Shown here piece by piece: positions 61,359 through 64,000 of a stretch of DNA of 64,000 nt (position 1 is its first letter; each line of letters opens with the position of its first letter). Below the pieces are notes generated by a model that saw only the letters and a program-made list of their open reading frames with translations, had not been told where the DNA came from and did not search any database. Position numbers and translations under genes: made by a program. The DNA is from Rhizaria sp. SCN 62-66 (lineage: Eukaryota), in the NCBI GenBank assembly GCA_001724265.1, contig MEDY01000020.1, positions 1-64,000 of the forward strand, read 5' to 3'.

Positions 61359-62434
61359 CTTGGGGGGCGCAGGGCGAAGCAAGGGGAAGGAGGCAGACGC
61401 GGTGAGCAGGGGAACGGAGATTAGGAGCAGAGCTTGAAAAGAATAAGGAGCATATTTATCAGGATACAATACACATTATATGTAGCACAGAGCAGTATTG
61501 AGGGCTGGATCGGAGCGCAGATGAGTTGATTTTGGAACCTTGCTGAGGTGGCATTGGGTTCTCGAAGCGGACGTGAAACGAGGCTCTGGGGCCGTCGGGC
61601 GCCGTCAGTTAGAGCCAGGCGCGCACAATTGGACACAAACAAAATGAAAATAACTTTGTCATGTAATTATACACCCATCCGAGGTCGGATGTTGGGCATC
61701 TCGGGAGTTGCCGCGATTGCAACAGAGCGAAAAGCGCACACCGCGCCGTCGGCTTCGAGCGGGCGATACAACCCAGTTAAGCACTCCAGCGCAGCGCTGC
61801 AGCGCACCCAGACTCAACAAATACCGCATCTCCCTGTGGTTTAAATTGCGATCCCGATCAAGGGCTTCTATCGCCTCCCAAACACGCCCGACACCCACCT
61901 GGCGGATTGCAGCCCTAAGTGAGGGGCGGCCTAATTTTTTCGGCCATCACCCGCCCACAGTCACTTCGACTGAGCTGTGTGTCGTGTTGGAGCCAGTTCA
62001 ACCACGAACCGAGCTCTCGGTCAGCTGCTTTGTATGGGCGCGAGGTGAGGCGAAGGAGGAGTGTCCAACGCGTCGGGGTCTCCGTCAATCTATTTTTCAG
62101 TTTGGCATGCGCAAGTGGCGCTAATATTTGCGATGTATTTTTAACTAGAAATGCATAGAGCGCGTTTGTGAAGCTCTGCACACATTTTTTAGCTTCTCAG
62201 GAGAGAGTCGACTGGGACTGTCTGTAGGGTTGCTCTTCGGCATGTCACTAGCAACCATAATGTTATTATTCAGGGATTTCGTGCTGCTTATGGAATCTCG
62301 GCGATGTATTCTGCTATGGAAAGTTGGTTATAGTGCACTATCTCCTGATATACCTCGCCTGCATACATCTGTTCTCACACCCAACTCCTTCGTCGCTGCC
62401 CATTCTGCCCTGTGCACAGCTAGACCGTTTTCCG

Positions 62435-62977
62435 ATGGCGTCATCGGGCGTATCGCGCGGCTCGCTGCCGCAGGTCGCGAGTTCCCTGTCGGACTTCGAG
62501 ATCGAGGAGCTGCGCGAGGCCTTCTCTGTGTTCGACAAAGACGACTCGGGCTCCATCACGGCCGAGGAGCTCGGCCTCATCCTCAAGTCCATCACGCCCT
62601 CGGTGGTGTCGAACATCTCCGACGACGACCTGACGCGGCTGGTGCAGAAGTTCGACCGCAACGGCGACGGCACGATAGACTTTGGCGAGTTCCTGGAGAT
62701 GATGTGCCAGGCGGAGCGCGGTGGCGAGGAGCAGGAGGATGAGCTGCGCGCCGCCTTCGCCATCTTCGACAAGGACGGCGACAACACCATTACGGCCAAG
62801 GAGCTCATGGGCATTATGTCCGCACTGGGCGAGGACGTCGATCTGGACACGTGCAAGCTCATGATCCAGTCGGTCGACCTGGACGGAAACGGCACGATCG
62901 ACTTCGAGGAGTTCCGCAAGATGATGCGGGACGGCGTCGAGCTCGACGCAAAGATCGGCGCCACCAACAAGGACTAA
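62435..62977 (+). CDS. Calmodulin-like protein with 4 EF-hands (180 aa)
   Basis: EF loops DKDDSGSITAEE, DRNGDGTIDFGE, DKDGDNTITAKE and DLDGNGTIDFEE. Too divergent to be canonical calmodulin. Ends in TAA. Confidence 0.93.
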   Translation: MASSGVSRGSLPQVASSLSDFEIEELREAFSVFDKDDSGSITAEELGLILKSITPSVVSNISDDDLTRLVQKFDRNGDGTIDFGEFLEMMCQAERGGEEQEDELRAAFAIFDKDGDNTITAKELMGIMSALGEDVDLDTCKLMIQSVDLDGNGTIDFEEFRKMMRDGVELDAKIGATNKD

Positions 62978-63000
62978 ACACGTGCAACATGTACACGTGC

Positions 63001-63077
63001 ACATATCACGCACACATATCACGCACACATATTACGCACACATATTACGCAAGCAAGTAAGCAAGCAAGCAAGCAAG
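63001..63077 (+). repeat. 13-bp tandem repeat (ACATATYACGCAC, ~4 copies) followed by (AAGC)n
   Basis: Read directly downstream of the calmodulin-like stop codon. Confidence 0.8.
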
Positions 63078-64000
63078 CTCGCTAACAAATGAGACGCAGA
63101 CGCTGTGACCACTTCTGAGTCTTTTTGTCTTTGTCTCAGCTTCGTAGTCTGGAGCTTGCTGTCTCACTACAAATCCCGTTCTCTACATAGTCTTTTTTGT
63201 TTTCTTTTGGGCATCCGTTTTTGCAGTATTCCTTCCCTGTAAAGCACCGCGCCAGCTCTCGTGCGTTGCCATGAGTTGCTGTGCAGTACAGTTGATTTAA
63301 TATTCCTGTCGTGTGCATGCATCATGCCACAAACTGTGTCCTCCAAGGTTGGTTTTCCCCTCTTTTGTTTCGGTTTGTAATCCTTTCTTTTTCTTGATCT
63401 TCTTCATTTATTTTCACTCACTCTCGATCTCTCGAGAGTCAACGTGAACTGTTGCGCGCCCGGCTCGACCTTTCCTGTCGCTGCCGCCTGTTGGTATCTG
63501 TCACCCCGCCCCGGCACTCGACTGCGATGCACCGCGACAACCCCGTCGCTGCGCACAAGGGATGCCAGGAAATGAAGTGGGCAGACTATTGCACTCGTAC
63601 TCGCAACCTTACAGTTACAATTGTCAGCAGAGGACTGCTGCGCTAGTTTGGAACCATACACAGTCTTGGTTTTTATTTTAAGCTGATTGCACTCGAACTT
63701 CATTTGCAGCAATACTTTTCATTCAATATACTTGATTCATAGCAATATAGGTCTTGATCAGCATCTAATATCGTCTTACGCGTTATCCACAGGTTGCATT
63801 CTCACCTTAGTCATGCGCCCCGGTTCAGCTTAGACGACAAAGGTTACCTTCAACAGCCTTGTTCTCTACGTGTTAACCGTTAGCAGGAAAATAACACGCA
63901 ACGCCAATGCCTAACAAACAAAATATGTTTATTTCTCTTTTAATACTCACATAAATGCTATTCTTTGCGACTCTACCCTATGTTTGCCGCAGGATGAGCC

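Noticed and set aside
175-62970. Numerous long antisense or alternative-frame ORFs (e.g. 3712..5460+, 14140..15570+, 21580..23316+, 59659..61305+)
   Set aside because: Shadows of GC-rich, codon-biased genes on the other strand or frame, with no independent motifs.
63452-64000. Possible start of another plus-strand gene (acceptor-like TTTGCCGCAG ending at 63992; ORF 63452..63646 ending in TAG)
   Set aside because: Truncated by the window edge. The exon structure cannot be fixed, so it was excluded from the stop-codon counts.

Overview
Gene-dense, GC-rich nuclear DNA from a unicellular eukaryote, not a prokaryote. GC/Ala-rich exons are separated by short AT-rich spacers and by 15 GT-AG introns (107-291 nt) whose phases I checked by hand. 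I can reconstruct about 16 protein genes: a DUF4639/C2orf81-like gene (partial), an LRR protein, arginyl-tRNA synthetase, ATG101, a CRAL-TRIO protein, a ~6,480-aa TAF1C/Rrn6-like protein, a double-SH3 protein, pyrimidine 5'-nucleotidase, VDAC, a multi-pass membrane protein, an NfsA-type nitroreductase, LSM2, a histidine acid phosphatase, a p31comet-like protein, a DDX3/Ded1 helicase and a calmodulin-like protein. The main signal is in stop-codon usage. None of the 15 complete gene models ends in TAG (13 TAA, 2 TGA), yet three in-frame TAG codons sit inside otherwise continuous coding frames, one within a recognisable LRR/LRR-cap. This suggests UAG is a sense or read-through codon, with local pseudogenisation as the main alternative. 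Other points of interest are an OB-fold tRNA-binding domain inserted into ArgRS, extreme low-complexity inflation of conserved proteins, an invariant GTNCG splice donor and a bacterial-type nitroreductase carrying an intron. Family assignments come from recalled motifs, not database searches.
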